From an uncultured cyanobacterium (GTDB lineage Bacteria > Cyanobacteriota > Cyanobacteriia > PCC-9006 > JAAUQQ01): a DNA stretch of 64,000 bases. A program made the translations under genes and the position numbers. Of this stretch, positions 50,143 through 60,173 are shown piece by piece. Under the pieces are notes generated by a model. The model had not been told where the DNA came from. It did not search any database and saw only the letters and a program-made list of their open reading frames with translations. Within the stretch, counting starts at the first letter, position 1. Each line of letters opens with the position of its first letter. Where the stretch lies: NCBI GenBank assembly GCA_963718615.1, contig OY970368.1, forward strand, positions 4,192,001 through 4,256,000, given 5' to 3'.

Positions 50143-51204
50143 TTATCGAGCGCGGTCTGCCTTAAGGGCAGCAAAGCTTTGGTATCCAAAGTCTTTGTGA
50201 TAGATATGGCAGCGATCGGTAATTTCCTTCATCATTGCCCAGGAGAACTCCCGCTCGATCAGATGCGGACCCCAATTTTCCTGAAGGCTGCGGTGAGCCG
50301 CGCGGAGATTGTAGGACGGAATTGCGGTGCTGATGTGGTGGGGAATATGGACGTTGATGTCGTGGCAGAGAATTTCCACCCAAGCCGGATAGCGACAATG
50401 CACGGTTCCAGCGAGCTGGGCCTCGGCTTCATGCCATTCCGATGCAGGTTGGAAGGCAATATCCGGTGTGGTGTGGTGAACCAGGGTGAATGTACTCATC
50501 CAGAAGTGGTACACCATCCAGGGCAGCAGCCAGAACTTGACAAATCCCCAAATTCCTAGGGTTGCAATCAGGGTAGGGAAACCGATCGCCATCGCCCCCA
50601 AAGCCAGCAGTGCCGAAAACTTCACCTGCTGCCGCTGCTTCCCCTTAAAGGGTGTCCAGTCAAAGTGACGGGTGGCCCAATGGGCGATCGACCCCAGCCA
50701 CCAAAACCGACCGCGCAGCATGGCATAGCCCCACTGAAGGGCTTTCGGAGCCGCTAAATAATCCTCGGCCAGCGCCGGATCCCAAGCATTGTCAATTTCT
50801 AGCTTATTCGTGTGCTTGTGGTGGTGGTTGTGGAGAATCCGCCAAGCATGAAACGGGTAGGCCAGGGGCAAAAAGGCCAGGTGTCCAACGAGATTATTCA
50901 CCCATTTGCGCTGGGCAAAGGAGCGGTGGCCGCAATCATGGCCAATGACAAAAAAACCGGTCAAGGCAGTACCGGTGAGAAGCCAGGCAAAGGGGAGGAG
51001 ATACCAGGGGGCGATCGCCAATAACCCATAGGAGCCGGTAACCGCCAAAACGCTCAGCACCACCGTGCGCCAAGCCTTAAAGCTATTTTTTTGGAAAACA
51101 TCCCGAGGGAGAGTTCGCAAAATATCTCTGAGCCGTAAGCCGGGATCCAAACGAAGCGATGGAGCGGGGGCAGACGACACAGGGGGAGGAGAAGAAATGA
51201 CCAT
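50143..51204 (-). CDS. desA: Delta-12 acyl-lipid desaturase
   Basis: His boxes HDCGH, HNHHH, HIPHH; HFWMSTFT.VHH. Confidence 0.92.
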   Translation of the reverse strand: MVISSPPPVSSAPAPSLRLDPGLRLRDILRTLPRDVFQKNSFKAWRTVVLSVLAVTGSYGLLAIAPWYLLPFAWLLTGTALTGFFVIGHDCGHRSFAQRKWVNNLVGHLAFLPLAYPFHAWRILHNHHHKHTNKLEIDNAWDPALAEDYLAAPKALQWGYAMLRGRFWWLGSIAHWATRHFDWTPFKGKQRQQVKFSALLALGAMAIGFPTLIATLGIWGFVKFWLLPWMVYHFWMSTFTLVHHTTPDIAFQPASEWHEAEAQLAGTVHCRYPAWVEILCHDINVHIPHHISTAIPSYNLRAAHRSLQENWGPHLIEREFSWAMMKEITDRCHIYHKDFGYQSFAALKADRAR

Positions 51205-51365
51205 GCGGATGCTTGAAACGACGTAAAAGACCAATCGAATCGACGAAAACAATGAACCTGAGAAACTTTATTAAAGAATCTCAACAAAACCCCATCACGA
51301 TATCACGAAATATTTCCCTAAAGGCAGAGGGGTCCTACGGTGGCAGGTCGTAAATTTACGACGAA

Positions 51366-51776
51366 TTGCTGAAGGGGGTGTTTTGTAGTCTGAGATACAA
51401 TTTAGTGGAATTCAACGATCTGGTCAGCCTTCCTACCGTGAACAGTTTCACTCAGCCATCTCTTCGGCTTTCCCTGTTGGCGCAGTATCATATCCGTCAA
51501 TTGCTGCATGCAAATCGCGATCGCCTCCATCTGGTTGCAGCGCCCGGACGCAATCTGGCAGCAACAGAACAGGCCGATTTGAATGAGGTTTTGGAAGGGC
51601 TTTATTTGGAAGACCCCATAATTGCTAAAGCCATTCAGGACCTTGAAGGCTACACGCAACTCCATCTCCGGCTAACCCACGAGCAGATGAAGACAGGACG
51701 GTTTATCGATGACGTGGAGCAACGGATTTTTGCGCTGTTGGGGCTTCAGCGAGAGGATGCCTCGGTGGTTGCCTAG
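51366..51776 (+). CDS. Hypothetical protein (start uncertain)
   Basis: Only sizeable ORF between desA and desC with protein-like composition. Confidence 0.55.
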   Translation: MLKGVFCSLRYNLVEFNDLVSLPTVNSFTQPSLRLSLLAQYHIRQLLHANRDRLHLVAAPGRNLAATEQADLNEVLEGLYLEDPIIAKAIQDLEGYTQLHLRLTHEQMKTGRFIDDVEQRIFALLGLQREDASVVA

Positions 51777-51805
51777 ATCGCGATCATTTGATGGATCCGA
51801 GGGAT

Positions 51806-51854
51806 AGGCCATAAACGCAGGCCATAAAACAGGCCATAAAACAGGCCATAAAAA
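51806..51854. repeat. 12-bp tandem repeat AGGCCATAAAAC (about 4 copies)
   Basis: Directly visible; abuts the desC terminator. Confidence 0.9.
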
Positions 51855-51877
51855 GGGGCGTGGAATGCACGCCCCTT
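51849..51877 (-). terminator. Rho-independent terminator of desC
   Basis: GGGGCGTG-N5-CACGCCCC hairpin with T-run on the minus strand. Confidence 0.8.
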
Positions 51878-51947
51878 CGTTTAATGAAATTTTTGGCTTG
51901 GGCCAGTTGAATTTGGGTTTAGTCGGATCGAGCCGAGTTGGGTTGAT

Positions 51948-52763
51948 TTAACCCTTGGCGAGTTTCACATCCGTGGCCAAGCCCAGCTTCTGCAACAGCG
52001 AAATTGTCATCCAAGTCATATCCACTTCCCACCACTTCAACCCATGGCGAGCAGAGTACTGGAATTTGTGATGGTTGTTGTGCCAGCCTTCCCCGTAGGT
52101 CAGAAGGGCAACCCACCAGCAATTGGTCGACTTATCGCCTGAGTCTTCGTAGGTACGGTAGCCAAACTTGTGGGTAGCGCTGTTAACAAACCAAGTGCAG
52201 TGATACACCACCACGAGGCGGACAAAAATGCCCCAAACCACAAAGGGCCAACCGCCGAGCAGATACAGCAAGACGCCAAAGGAGATTTGCAGCGGTAGAA
52301 AGTAGCGATCGAAAAACTGATAGAACGGATCATCGGCGATGTCCCGCGTAAACCGCGCAATATCTTGCTTGGCCGGAACTTCACGCATCAACCACTCCAT
52401 ATGGCTCCACCAGAAGCCCTTATTGGAATCATGGTGATCAATATCTTGGTCTGAGTAGGCATGGTGGTGTCGGTGGAGACCAATCCACTCTGTTGGGCCA
52501 CTTTGGCAGGACAGGCTGCCACAAAACACAAAGAAATACTCTAGCCACTTGGGCGTCTTAAAACTGCGGTGTGAGATTAAGCGGTGCCAGCCGAGGGTAA
52601 TCCCCAAGCAGCCCGTAAACCAATGCAGAAAGACCATTAATCCAACTGCCTTCCAGCTAAAGTTACTGGGCAGTATCGCAAAGAGGGCTCCCACATGGAT
52701 GGCAACCATGAAGGCAAGCGTAGGCCACTCCAAGGGCAGCTTTTTAGAAACGGTGAGCGTCAT
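51948..52763 (-). CDS. desC: Delta-9 acyl-lipid desaturase
   Basis: GWHRLISH, HRHHH, GEGWHNNHH, SARHG. Confidence 0.93.
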   Translation of the reverse strand: MTLTVSKKLPLEWPTLAFMVAIHVGALFAILPSNFSWKAVGLMVFLHWFTGCLGITLGWHRLISHRSFKTPKWLEYFFVFCGSLSCQSGPTEWIGLHRHHHAYSDQDIDHHDSNKGFWWSHMEWLMREVPAKQDIARFTRDIADDPFYQFFDRYFLPLQISFGVLLYLLGGWPFVVWGIFVRLVVVYHCTWFVNSATHKFGYRTYEDSGDKSTNCWWVALLTYGEGWHNNHHKFQYSARHGLKWWEVDMTWMTISLLQKLGLATDVKLAKG

Positions 52764-52920
52764 GCAGCAGTGATTGAAACGACAGGAACAGGAGACCCTA
52801 AGGTTTACCCTCAGCGTAACCAATGCGTTGATCTACCTCAGGCTCAGATCTAACGGTTCCTGCTCCGTTCTAACGCATACTGAGAAACCGCATACTGGGA
52901 AACGAGCGAAGGAGGAGCCC

Positions 52921-54156
52921 ATGAATAGCCCTGGCAGCGAATGCATCCATCAGGCAGAAAAAGCACTGCTACCGATTTTTTCGGGAATTGACGCGAAGGT
53001 CAAGAAAAACCTACATCGAGTATTGGATGCCTTTCGCGAACATCGGGTTGGCGTGCACCATTTTGCCAGTGTGAGTGGCTATGGCCATGATGATTTGGGG
53101 CGACAGGTGCTCGATCGCGTCTATGCCGATGTGTTTGGGGCTGAAGCCGCCATCGTCCGGGTGCAGTTTGTCTCGGGGACCCATGCGATCGCCACGGCCC
53201 TTTACGGTGTTTTGCGTCCCGGCGATGAAATGCTAGCCGTGGCTGGAGCTCCCTATGACACCCTCGAAGAGGTGATTGGCACCCGAGGGGAAGGGCAAGG
53301 CTCGCTCCAGGAGTTTGGGATTGATTATCGTCAGCTCGAACTCGCAGCCGATGGGGGAATTGACTGGGACGGGCTGGAGACGGCGGTGGGCGATCGCACC
53401 CGTTTAGTGCTGATCCAGCGCTCCTGTGGCTATTCCTGGCGCAAAAGTCTATCGATCGCCGAGATCGAACGCATTGTCCAGACCGTCAAAGGGCAAAACC
53501 CTAACACGGTTTGCTTTGTTGATAATTGCTATGGGGAATTCATCGAAGACCGAGAGCCCACAGCCGTAGGGGTAGATCTGATGGCGGGCTCGTTGATCAA
53601 AAATCCGGGGGGAACGATCGTCACGACGGGGGGATATGTAGCAGGTCGGGGGGATTTGGTGGAAGCGGCGGCCTGTCGGTTAACGGCACCAGGGATTGGC
53701 AGCGAAGGCGGCGCGACGCTCGATCAAAGCCGCTTGCTGTTCCAGGGGCTATTTCTCGCGCCCCAGATGGTCGGCGAAGCCATGAAAGGGACTCATCTGG
53801 TAGCGCAGGTGTTTGAATCTTTGGGCTATCCGGTCAATCCGCTGCCACTGGCACCGCGTCAGGATGTCATTCAGGCGATTCGGCTCGGGACCCCGGAAAA
53901 GCTCATTGCCTTTTGTAAGGCGATTCAACACTGCTCTCCCATCGGTTCCTACCTGGACCCTACCCCAGGGGAGCAGCCGGGCTACGAAAGCCAATTGGTG
54001 ATGGCAGGGGGGACGTTTATTGATGGCAGTACGTCGGAATTTTCCGCTGATGGACCTTTGCGGGAACCCTACGTTGTGTTTTGTCAGGGGGGTACTCACT
54101 GGACCCATGTGGCGATCGCACTAGAAGCGGCGATCGCCGCCATTGGTCCGGCTTAG
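52921..54156 (+). CDS. Methionine gamma-lyase / aluminium resistance family PLP protein
   Basis: GYGHDDLGR, FVSGTHAI, FVDNCYGEF, GSLIKNPGG; GGAGG RBS. Confidence 0.9.
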   Translation: MNSPGSECIHQAEKALLPIFSGIDAKVKKNLHRVLDAFREHRVGVHHFASVSGYGHDDLGRQVLDRVYADVFGAEAAIVRVQFVSGTHAIATALYGVLRPGDEMLAVAGAPYDTLEEVIGTRGEGQGSLQEFGIDYRQLELAADGGIDWDGLETAVGDRTRLVLIQRSCGYSWRKSLSIAEIERIVQTVKGQNPNTVCFVDNCYGEFIEDREPTAVGVDLMAGSLIKNPGGTIVTTGGYVAGRGDLVEAAACRLTAPGIGSEGGATLDQSRLLFQGLFLAPQMVGEAMKGTHLVAQVFESLGYPVNPLPLAPRQDVIQAIRLGTPEKLIAFCKAIQHCSPIGSYLDPTPGEQPGYESQLVMAGGTFIDGSTSEFSADGPLREPYVVFCQGGTHWTHVAIALEAAIAAIGPA

Positions 54157-54168
54157 CTTTAGTCCGGC

Positions 54169-55083
54169 TTAGCTTTCTGCTTCACCCGAGGGTGCACCTT
54201 CATCGCGCTTTTTCAACACTGGCTTTTGCTTGACCGGACGGCTGCTGCTGGGGCTGCCTTCCCGACGCGGGGGTGCACTGGGGCGATCGCTCCCCCCGGC
54301 ACGGCGTGGCGGACCGCCACTGCCCCGGCGATCAAACCGGCGACCACCGCCCCCACCGCCTGCACCCTTGCGCGCGGGACGACGCTGGGGAATAGCACCG
54401 ATACAGGTCCCCTCTTTGACCACCAGCATATCTCCCTGGCGGATGGCCTTGAGATCCCAAAAATGATGTATCGCCTTGGGTCCCAGCTTGCCCTGGAGCT
54501 GAAGTTTGAAGCTCCGAGACTTGTGATCGTTAGGACGGGGAGCCTGTTTGATTTTGATGACAATGCGCTCCCGCTCTGCCGAGTGGAAGACCACTTCACC
54601 CCGAATGGAGAAATACCCATCGGGTAAATCGGAAGAAGACTTAATGGGCGGTTTGGGACGAATCGGACGGGGTAAACCATCCTCCGTCTGCTCGGGTTCG
54701 CTATCCTTGAGAATCTGTTTTTGCAGGGTCTCAGGTTCCCAGATGCCGACGACCTGCACATGCAGGTTGCCTTCCCGTTCTCGGGTGCGGGGATAAACGA
54801 CCCAAAGGTGTTCCTGGTCTAGGTCAATATGCTTTTTTACCAGGCTCATGATGCGACCCAACAGCACCGCTTCGATGGCGGCACCCTCGGGAGTGACCAA
54901 CTGACCCTTGGTAATTTGCTCTTCCTCGGGGATGTAGCGGGCACGGACTAGACCGATTGCCCGGAACTGCATCGGTTCGCTGGGTTGAGGGATGGGCTCC
55001 TGCCGTAAGGGCAAGACCGCACGGTCGGCGGGACTTGCAGGACGGGAGGACGAAGCTACGTTGGCTGCTGTATTCGCTGTCAT
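54169..55083 (-). CDS. Conserved cyanobacterial hypothetical protein
   Basis: PIP.PSEPMQFRAIGLV and HLWVVYPRT motifs; basic R/G-rich tail. Confidence 0.8.
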   Translation of the reverse strand: MTANTAANVASSSRPASPADRAVLPLRQEPIPQPSEPMQFRAIGLVRARYIPEEEQITKGQLVTPEGAAIEAVLLGRIMSLVKKHIDLDQEHLWVVYPRTREREGNLHVQVVGIWEPETLQKQILKDSEPEQTEDGLPRPIRPKPPIKSSSDLPDGYFSIRGEVVFHSAERERIVIKIKQAPRPNDHKSRSFKLQLQGKLGPKAIHHFWDLKAIRQGDMLVVKEGTCIGAIPQRRPARKGAGGGGGGRRFDRRGSGGPPRRAGGSDRPSAPPRREGSPSSSRPVKQKPVLKKRDEGAPSGEAES

Positions 55084-55106
55084 GGGGGGCGGGAGAGTGA
55101 TGATGT

Positions 55107-55290
55107 TGAACCGCTAGAGGCCCGCGATCGCAGGCTCGGAACAGCAGGAGGTTACTTTTTCAACAGACTTTGCCTGCTAGTTCAGTATTCCCACTACGCT
55201 TGAGTCATCACTAACAATGACTCCAGAATTAGGGTACCACCTGTCCAGAGTGAGCTAACGGGGGGTGTCTCCACCCGAATTCCCGGTTCA
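55107..55290 (-). ncRNA. ssrS: Probable 6S RNA
   Basis: 184 nt closed by a TGAACCG/CGGTTCA terminal stem; contains GGGAATACTG, AAAAGTAACCTCCTG and CTCTAGCGGTT blocks recalled from cyanobacterial 6S RNAs; not verified with a covariance model. Confidence 0.65.
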
Positions 55291-55721
55291 CTGATCTATT
55301 CTTACCATCCAGAAAAATACAGCCCTCATCCGAACGCTTTTTTACAAAAGCACGGAAGTATTGAAAACTTTTACGGAAACTTGATAAGAATTTGGTTGTT
55401 TTCTGGCCTCTGGGCTCAAATGGCTCCCAAAGGAGGTCTGGGGTGGTGTTCCTTGGTGACGTTTTTGGGTGATGACTTTCCTTGACGACGTTCCTTGGCT
55501 GTATTCTTTGGCTGTGTTCTGGAGGGTTGCCCCAGTTTTCCTACCACAAGGTCTATAATATCGCCGATTTTTTTCGGCTTGGTATTTTAGCTGGGTTTTT
55601 AGCTGCGGTTTCTGATTTTGGGGGACTCCGTTTCCAGCGGTCCAGCCCAGCATTGGACCCCAGCACTTGACAAGTCGTCCTAGGTGACGCACTATCCCGG
55701 AGAGTTTAAGCTAGGGGTGAG

Positions 55722-56660
55722 TTGACTCACTTCATCGAAACTGAATTGCGAGGCATGAACGTGGCAGAGAGACGCGGCAATATATGGGTCAAGGCTTTTC
55801 TAGCGGTGTGCGTAATTGCCTTTCTTGGGATTTCGATCGCGCCTCTGCTGGGTAGTGCGTTTCAGAATTCGTCAACGCCGAAGTCTCCCGCCAATGATGC
55901 GGCGGCAGTACCGGAGGATCAGCGCCAGGAGCTAGAAGAACAGGCGAAGGGCTTTGAGCTGGTGCTTCAGCGGGAGCCGACGAATGTGACGGCCCTAGAA
56001 AGTTTGATTGAGATTAAGCTTCAGCTCGGCGACATTGCCGCGTCCATCGCTCCCCTCAAGAAGCTGGCGGAATTGAGCCCCGAGAACCCGGATTATCAGA
56101 TTTTGTTGGCTCAAGTCCAGCAGCAAACGGGCGATCGCGAAGCTGCTGCCCAAACCTACCGGACGTTAATTACCAACCAGCCGGGTAATCTCAAAGCGCT
56201 GCAAAGTTTAGCGGCGCTATTAATGCAGGAAAACCGTCCGACGGCTGCTATTAGCTTGCTGCAAGATACGCTCAAACTGGCCCCCCAGGCTAATGAGGCG
56301 AAGCCGGGCAGTATTGATGTGGCCTCGGTGAAGCTGATGTTGGGGGAAGTCTATGCCCAACAAAATCGGACGGATGAGGCGATCGCCCTCTACGACGAAG
56401 TTCAGGCCGAGAGTGCTGAAGATTTTCGCCCGGTGTTGGCCAAAGCCTTGGTGTTAAAAACCCAAGGTCGCGAGGCGTCGGAGTATCAGCCCCTGTTTGA
56501 CAATGCGGTGGCCCTAGCGCCCGCCCGCTACAAAGACCAGATCGAGCAGTTGGCCAAGGGCTCAACGACCATGCCCGCAATTCCCCAAAATACGCCCCCC
56601 AGTCAGTCGCCAGAGGCCACCGCTGAAGCGCCAGCCGCATCCCCAGCCGAGAGCCGGTAG
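55722..56660 (+). CDS. Tetratricopeptide repeat protein with N-terminal membrane anchor
   Basis: TM segment, VLQREP.N..AL and repeated TPR-like helices, DFRPVLAKA. Confidence 0.85.
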   Translation: MTHFIETELRGMNVAERRGNIWVKAFLAVCVIAFLGISIAPLLGSAFQNSSTPKSPANDAAAVPEDQRQELEEQAKGFELVLQREPTNVTALESLIEIKLQLGDIAASIAPLKKLAELSPENPDYQILLAQVQQQTGDREAAAQTYRTLITNQPGNLKALQSLAALLMQENRPTAAISLLQDTLKLAPQANEAKPGSIDVASVKLMLGEVYAQQNRTDEAIALYDEVQAESAEDFRPVLAKALVLKTQGREASEYQPLFDNAVALAPARYKDQIEQLAKGSTTMPAIPQNTPPSQSPEATAEAPAASPAESR

Positions 56661-56693
56661 AAAGCGCTAACTAGGCGAGTCCTAGCGGGAGAG

Positions 56694-57464
56694 ATGGCAA
56701 AGGTGTTGCGGTCCCATGGGCAAGCCTTACTGGCGTCGCGATTGGGGGATTTGACGAAACTCGGCGTGACTTCAGCGGCTGGCGGTCTGGAGGGTGGGTC
56801 TCCCGCGTCCTCGTTGATGGGTTGGCCGGTGCTAGGGTTGGGCTACTGTGGGCTGGTCCTCCTGGGGCAATGGCAAGGCAAATCGGTGGCGGTGAAGCTC
56901 CTGCGACCGGATGCGGGCCGCCCGAGCCTCTGGGCTGAAGCCCAGGCGTTGCAGCTCGCCAATGGCGTGGGTGTTGGGCCGACCTACTGGACCCATAGTG
57001 AGGGGGTTTTGGTGATGGATTGGGTGCGGGGCGATCGCCTCATCGACTGGTTAGACCACAAGCTGCTGACGGTTCCCACCCCTACGGTTCAAGCGGTTTT
57101 ATTGCAGTTGGCCGATGCCAGCTTTCGGCTCGATCAGCTAGGTCTTGACCATGGAGAACTGAACTGCATGGCCAGTCATGGAATTGTCAAAGGCGATCGA
57201 GCGACGATCATTGACTTTAGCCGAGCCAGTACCCAGCGGCGGGTGAGTAATGTCACTGCTCTGATTCAGGGCTTGCTGATCGGCACCCGGTTACCGCAGT
57301 TATTGGCAAGGCGCTTTCTGCCGCTAGAACGCTCCGAAACCATTGCTTGCTTGCAAGCCTACAAGCGGGATCCCTGCTTAGAACACTTTGAAGCAGTGCG
57401 ATCGCGCTTGGTCCTACAAGATCTATCAAGATCTCAGCAATCTCAACTAAAGCACCCTCTCTAG
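56694..57464 (+). CDS. Atypical Ser/Thr kinase-like protein (COG2112-like)
   Basis: LGLGYCG, VAVK, E...L, VMDW, DHGEL, IIDF. Confidence 0.75.
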   Translation: MAKVLRSHGQALLASRLGDLTKLGVTSAAGGLEGGSPASSLMGWPVLGLGYCGLVLLGQWQGKSVAVKLLRPDAGRPSLWAEAQALQLANGVGVGPTYWTHSEGVLVMDWVRGDRLIDWLDHKLLTVPTPTVQAVLLQLADASFRLDQLGLDHGELNCMASHGIVKGDRATIIDFSRASTQRRVSNVTALIQGLLIGTRLPQLLARRFLPLERSETIACLQAYKRDPCLEHFEAVRSRLVLQDLSRSQQSQLKHPL

Positions 57465-58181
57465 CAGCCCCCGATACCGCAACCCCTGGGGGGAAACCTC
57501 AAAGCTACAGGGCAACACTTCCAATCCCGCCTCTACCGCTCCCCGCAGCAACTGGCCATAGAGTGGATCTCGCTCATCCCCCGGCGAAAACTGGGTACAG
57601 TCCCCTCGATTGACAAAGTAGAGCATCACCGCTCGATGCTCTGGCAAAAGCGCCACGAGCTCCTGAATATGCTTCTGGCCTCGGGTCGTTACGGTGTCGG
57701 GAAACAGTGCCAGTCGCTGCTGGACCCAAGTTGTATTTTTAACTTCCACATAAATAGGTTTGTCCGTGCCCTGAAGCACAAAATCCACTCGGCTTTTGCC
57801 CGCAACACCATACTTCACCTCCCTGCGAATCTCACCGTATTCCCCCAATTCTGGAATTTGATGCTGCTCCAGCACCCAACGAACGACGCGATTCGGCAAA
57901 CCTGTATTGACCCCGACCCAAGTTGGTTCATTGTCTTGAACTTCAATCAGTTCCCAGGTGTATTTCAGCTTACGGTTAGGGTTATTGCTCTGAGAAACCA
58001 TCACCCGATTGCCAATGATACAAACGCCTGTCATCGGGCCAGTGTTGGGACAATGGGCCGTAATTAATTCACCGCTGTCCAGTTCGATATCCGCAAAGAA
58101 GCGTTTATAGCGGCTGATGAGCCTGCCCGAGAGCAGAGGAGGAAAGGCATAAACCAGCGGATCGGATGGCGAATCGGTCAT
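57447..58181 (-). CDS. sfsA: DNA/RNA nuclease SfsA
   Basis: RYKRFFAD, AHCPNTGPM, SRVDF, YVEVK, FPDTVTTRGQKH. Confidence 0.96.
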   Translation of the reverse strand: MTDSPSDPLVYAFPPLLSGRLISRYKRFFADIELDSGELITAHCPNTGPMTGVCIIGNRVMVSQSNNPNRKLKYTWELIEVQDNEPTWVGVNTGLPNRVVRWVLEQHQIPELGEYGEIRREVKYGVAGKSRVDFVLQGTDKPIYVEVKNTTWVQQRLALFPDTVTTRGQKHIQELVALLPEHRAVMLYFVNRGDCTQFSPGDERDPLYGQLLRGAVEAGLEVLPCSFEVSPQGLRYRGLLERVL

Positions 58182-58418
58182 GATTCAAGGGATGCCCCAG
58201 GAGCGGTCAAACGGCATCCTTCACCCTAGCACTGAACATTAACTAAAGATTTTTACTGAACACAGAAGAAAACGGACTACTGCGACTTGTCGCAACTTTG
58301 AGAATGTCTTGACATGGGTAAAAGTCTTGTCAATATTAAGCTTCGGGAGAAATAATGGCTGTTGGCCTGAGTCCCAATCCGGGGCACTCTGACAAGAAGA
58401 GTTGCTTCACCTAATCCT

Positions 58419-60167
58419 ATGTGGGTGCCAAAGCCCATGACGCCAGTGGATGAATCGTTGACGGATCTCACGACGGACCTCCCAACGGACCTGACAACAG
58501 AAGAAAAGCTTCGCCAGGCGATTCAGGCAGCGGAGGATGCCAGCCGCGCCAAAACTGAGTTCTTGGCGACGATGAGCCATGAAATCCGCACCCCGCTCAA
58601 TGCCATTACGGGGATGACGATTCTGTTATCGGATACGGCGCTGACGGCAGAGCAGCGAGATTATGTGGCGACGATTCGCAGCGGCAGCGAAGCGTTGTTG
58701 GCGATCATTAACGATATTCTTGACCTCTCTAAAATTGAATCGGGGAAGTTAGAACTGGACCCGGACTCCTTTGAGCTCAAAGCCTGTCTCCAGTCAGTTT
58801 TGGATATCTTTAAGCTCAAGGCCAAGGGAAAAGGGTTGGTCTTAACCTATGAGGTCGACCCTGAGGTTCCCGCTCAACTGGTGGGTGACGCGGCCCGGAT
58901 TCGCCAGGTTTTGATTAATTTGGTGGGGAACGCCCTCAAATTTACAGAAACGGGTTCGATTACAGTGCAAGTTGCAGGCGTTCCGCAGCAGGAGCCAAAG
59001 GCGTTCTCGCTCGATAGCGATGTGCCAGATGAATCCCTACATCAGCTACGGTTTAGTGTGCGGGATACCGGTATTGGTATTGCCCTAGAAAAACAAACCC
59101 AGTTGTTTCAGGTGTTTAGCCAAGCAGATGCTTCGATTACGCGGCGCTATGGGGGAACGGGGCTAGGGCTTTCGATTTGTAAACGCCTGATTGAGCTCAT
59201 GGGCGGTGAAATTGCCGTAACCAGTCAGCCAGGGCAAGGCACGACCTTTTTCTTCGATATCTGTTTAGCGGCGGCTCAGGCTGAATCTATAAAACCAAAC
59301 CCTCTGCGGACAATCTATCTCAAGGTGGTGAGTGCGCCGTTGCGGAATGGGAGCGATGAGATGTTCCCGACGATTAGCGGTGGAGAAATTCCCAAACCGG
59401 ATCTCCAGACTCAAGATCAATGGGTGCTTCTGGACAAAGCGCTGCTGACGTTAGGGCGCGCCAATGACAACAACATTGTGCTTAAGGACAAGCTCGTGTC
59501 TCGGTACCATGCCCAAGTGCTCAAGCAGCCCGATGGCTATGTCCTCCAGGATATTGGCAGCGCTAATGGCACCTACCTGAATGATGAGCTGCTGCTGGCC
59601 CATCAGCCCCGCGACCTTAAGGATGGCTGTCTCATTCGCTTGGGCTCTTATACTTGGGAGTTTTGCGATCGCCCCCTCCTTCCCCTCAGCAATCCCTGTA
59701 CCCCTTGTCCCGCTCAGCTCAAGCTGCTCCTAGTTGAAGACAGCAAGCTCAATCAAATGGTGGCGATGAAGCTCTTGCAAAAGTTTGGCCATCAGGTGGA
59801 TACAGCCTCGAATGGTTGGGAGGCGATCGCCGCCCTCAAGGAACAAATTTACGATGCGGTCCTAATGGACTTAGAAATGCCGGAACTCGATGGTCTCAGC
59901 GCCGTGGAAAAAATTCGCAGCGACTGGCCGCTCAATCCCAAAAAATTCCCTGGGCATCCGAGCCCTTGGATTTTTGCCCTGACGGCCTACGCCACTCTGG
60001 AAGATCAGCAAAAATGTCGTCAAGTAGGCATGAATGGTTACCTAACCAAACCCATCCGCCTCAATGAAATCGAGCAGATGCTCCAGCAGTGCAGTATGCG
60101 CTTAAACCAAGGGATTTTGGGTGATGCCGGTGAGTGGCTGTCGGTCCAGGAATATGCAGCCTCCTGA
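58419..60167 (+). CDS. Hybrid histidine kinase: HisKA-HATPase-FHA-REC
   Basis: [31 protein letters not shown]; FHA (LGR, VSRYH, SANGT); REC (VED, LMDLEMP, KP). Confidence 0.9.
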   Translation: MWVPKPMTPVDESLTDLTTDLPTDLTTEEKLRQAIQAAEDASRAKTEFLATMSHEIRTPLNAITGMTILLSDTALTAEQRDYVATIRSGSEALLAIINDILDLSKIESGKLELDPDSFELKACLQSVLDIFKLKAKGKGLVLTYEVDPEVPAQLVGDAARIRQVLINLVGNALKFTETGSITVQVAGVPQQEPKAFSLDSDVPDESLHQLRFSVRDTGIGIALEKQTQLFQVFSQADASITRRYGGTGLGLSICKRLIELMGGEIAVTSQPGQGTTFFFDICLAAAQAESIKPNPLRTIYLKVVSAPLRNGSDEMFPTISGGEIPKPDLQTQDQWVLLDKALLTLGRANDNNIVLKDKLVSRYHAQVLKQPDGYVLQDIGSANGTYLNDELLLAHQPRDLKDGCLIRLGSYTWEFCDRPLLPLSNPCTPCPAQLKLLLVEDSKLNQMVAMKLLQKFGHQVDTASNGWEAIAALKEQIYDAVLMDLEMPELDGLSAVEKIRSDWPLNPKKFPGHPSPWIFALTAYATLEDQQKCRQVGMNGYLTKPIRLNEIEQMLQQCSMRLNQGILGDAGEWLSVQEYAAS

Positions 60168-60173
60168 AAGGGA

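Noticed and set aside
55342-55692. Small ORFs between the 6S RNA and the TPR gene
   Set aside because: Region contains degenerate ~13-bp repeats and no convincing start or motif; treated as intergenic
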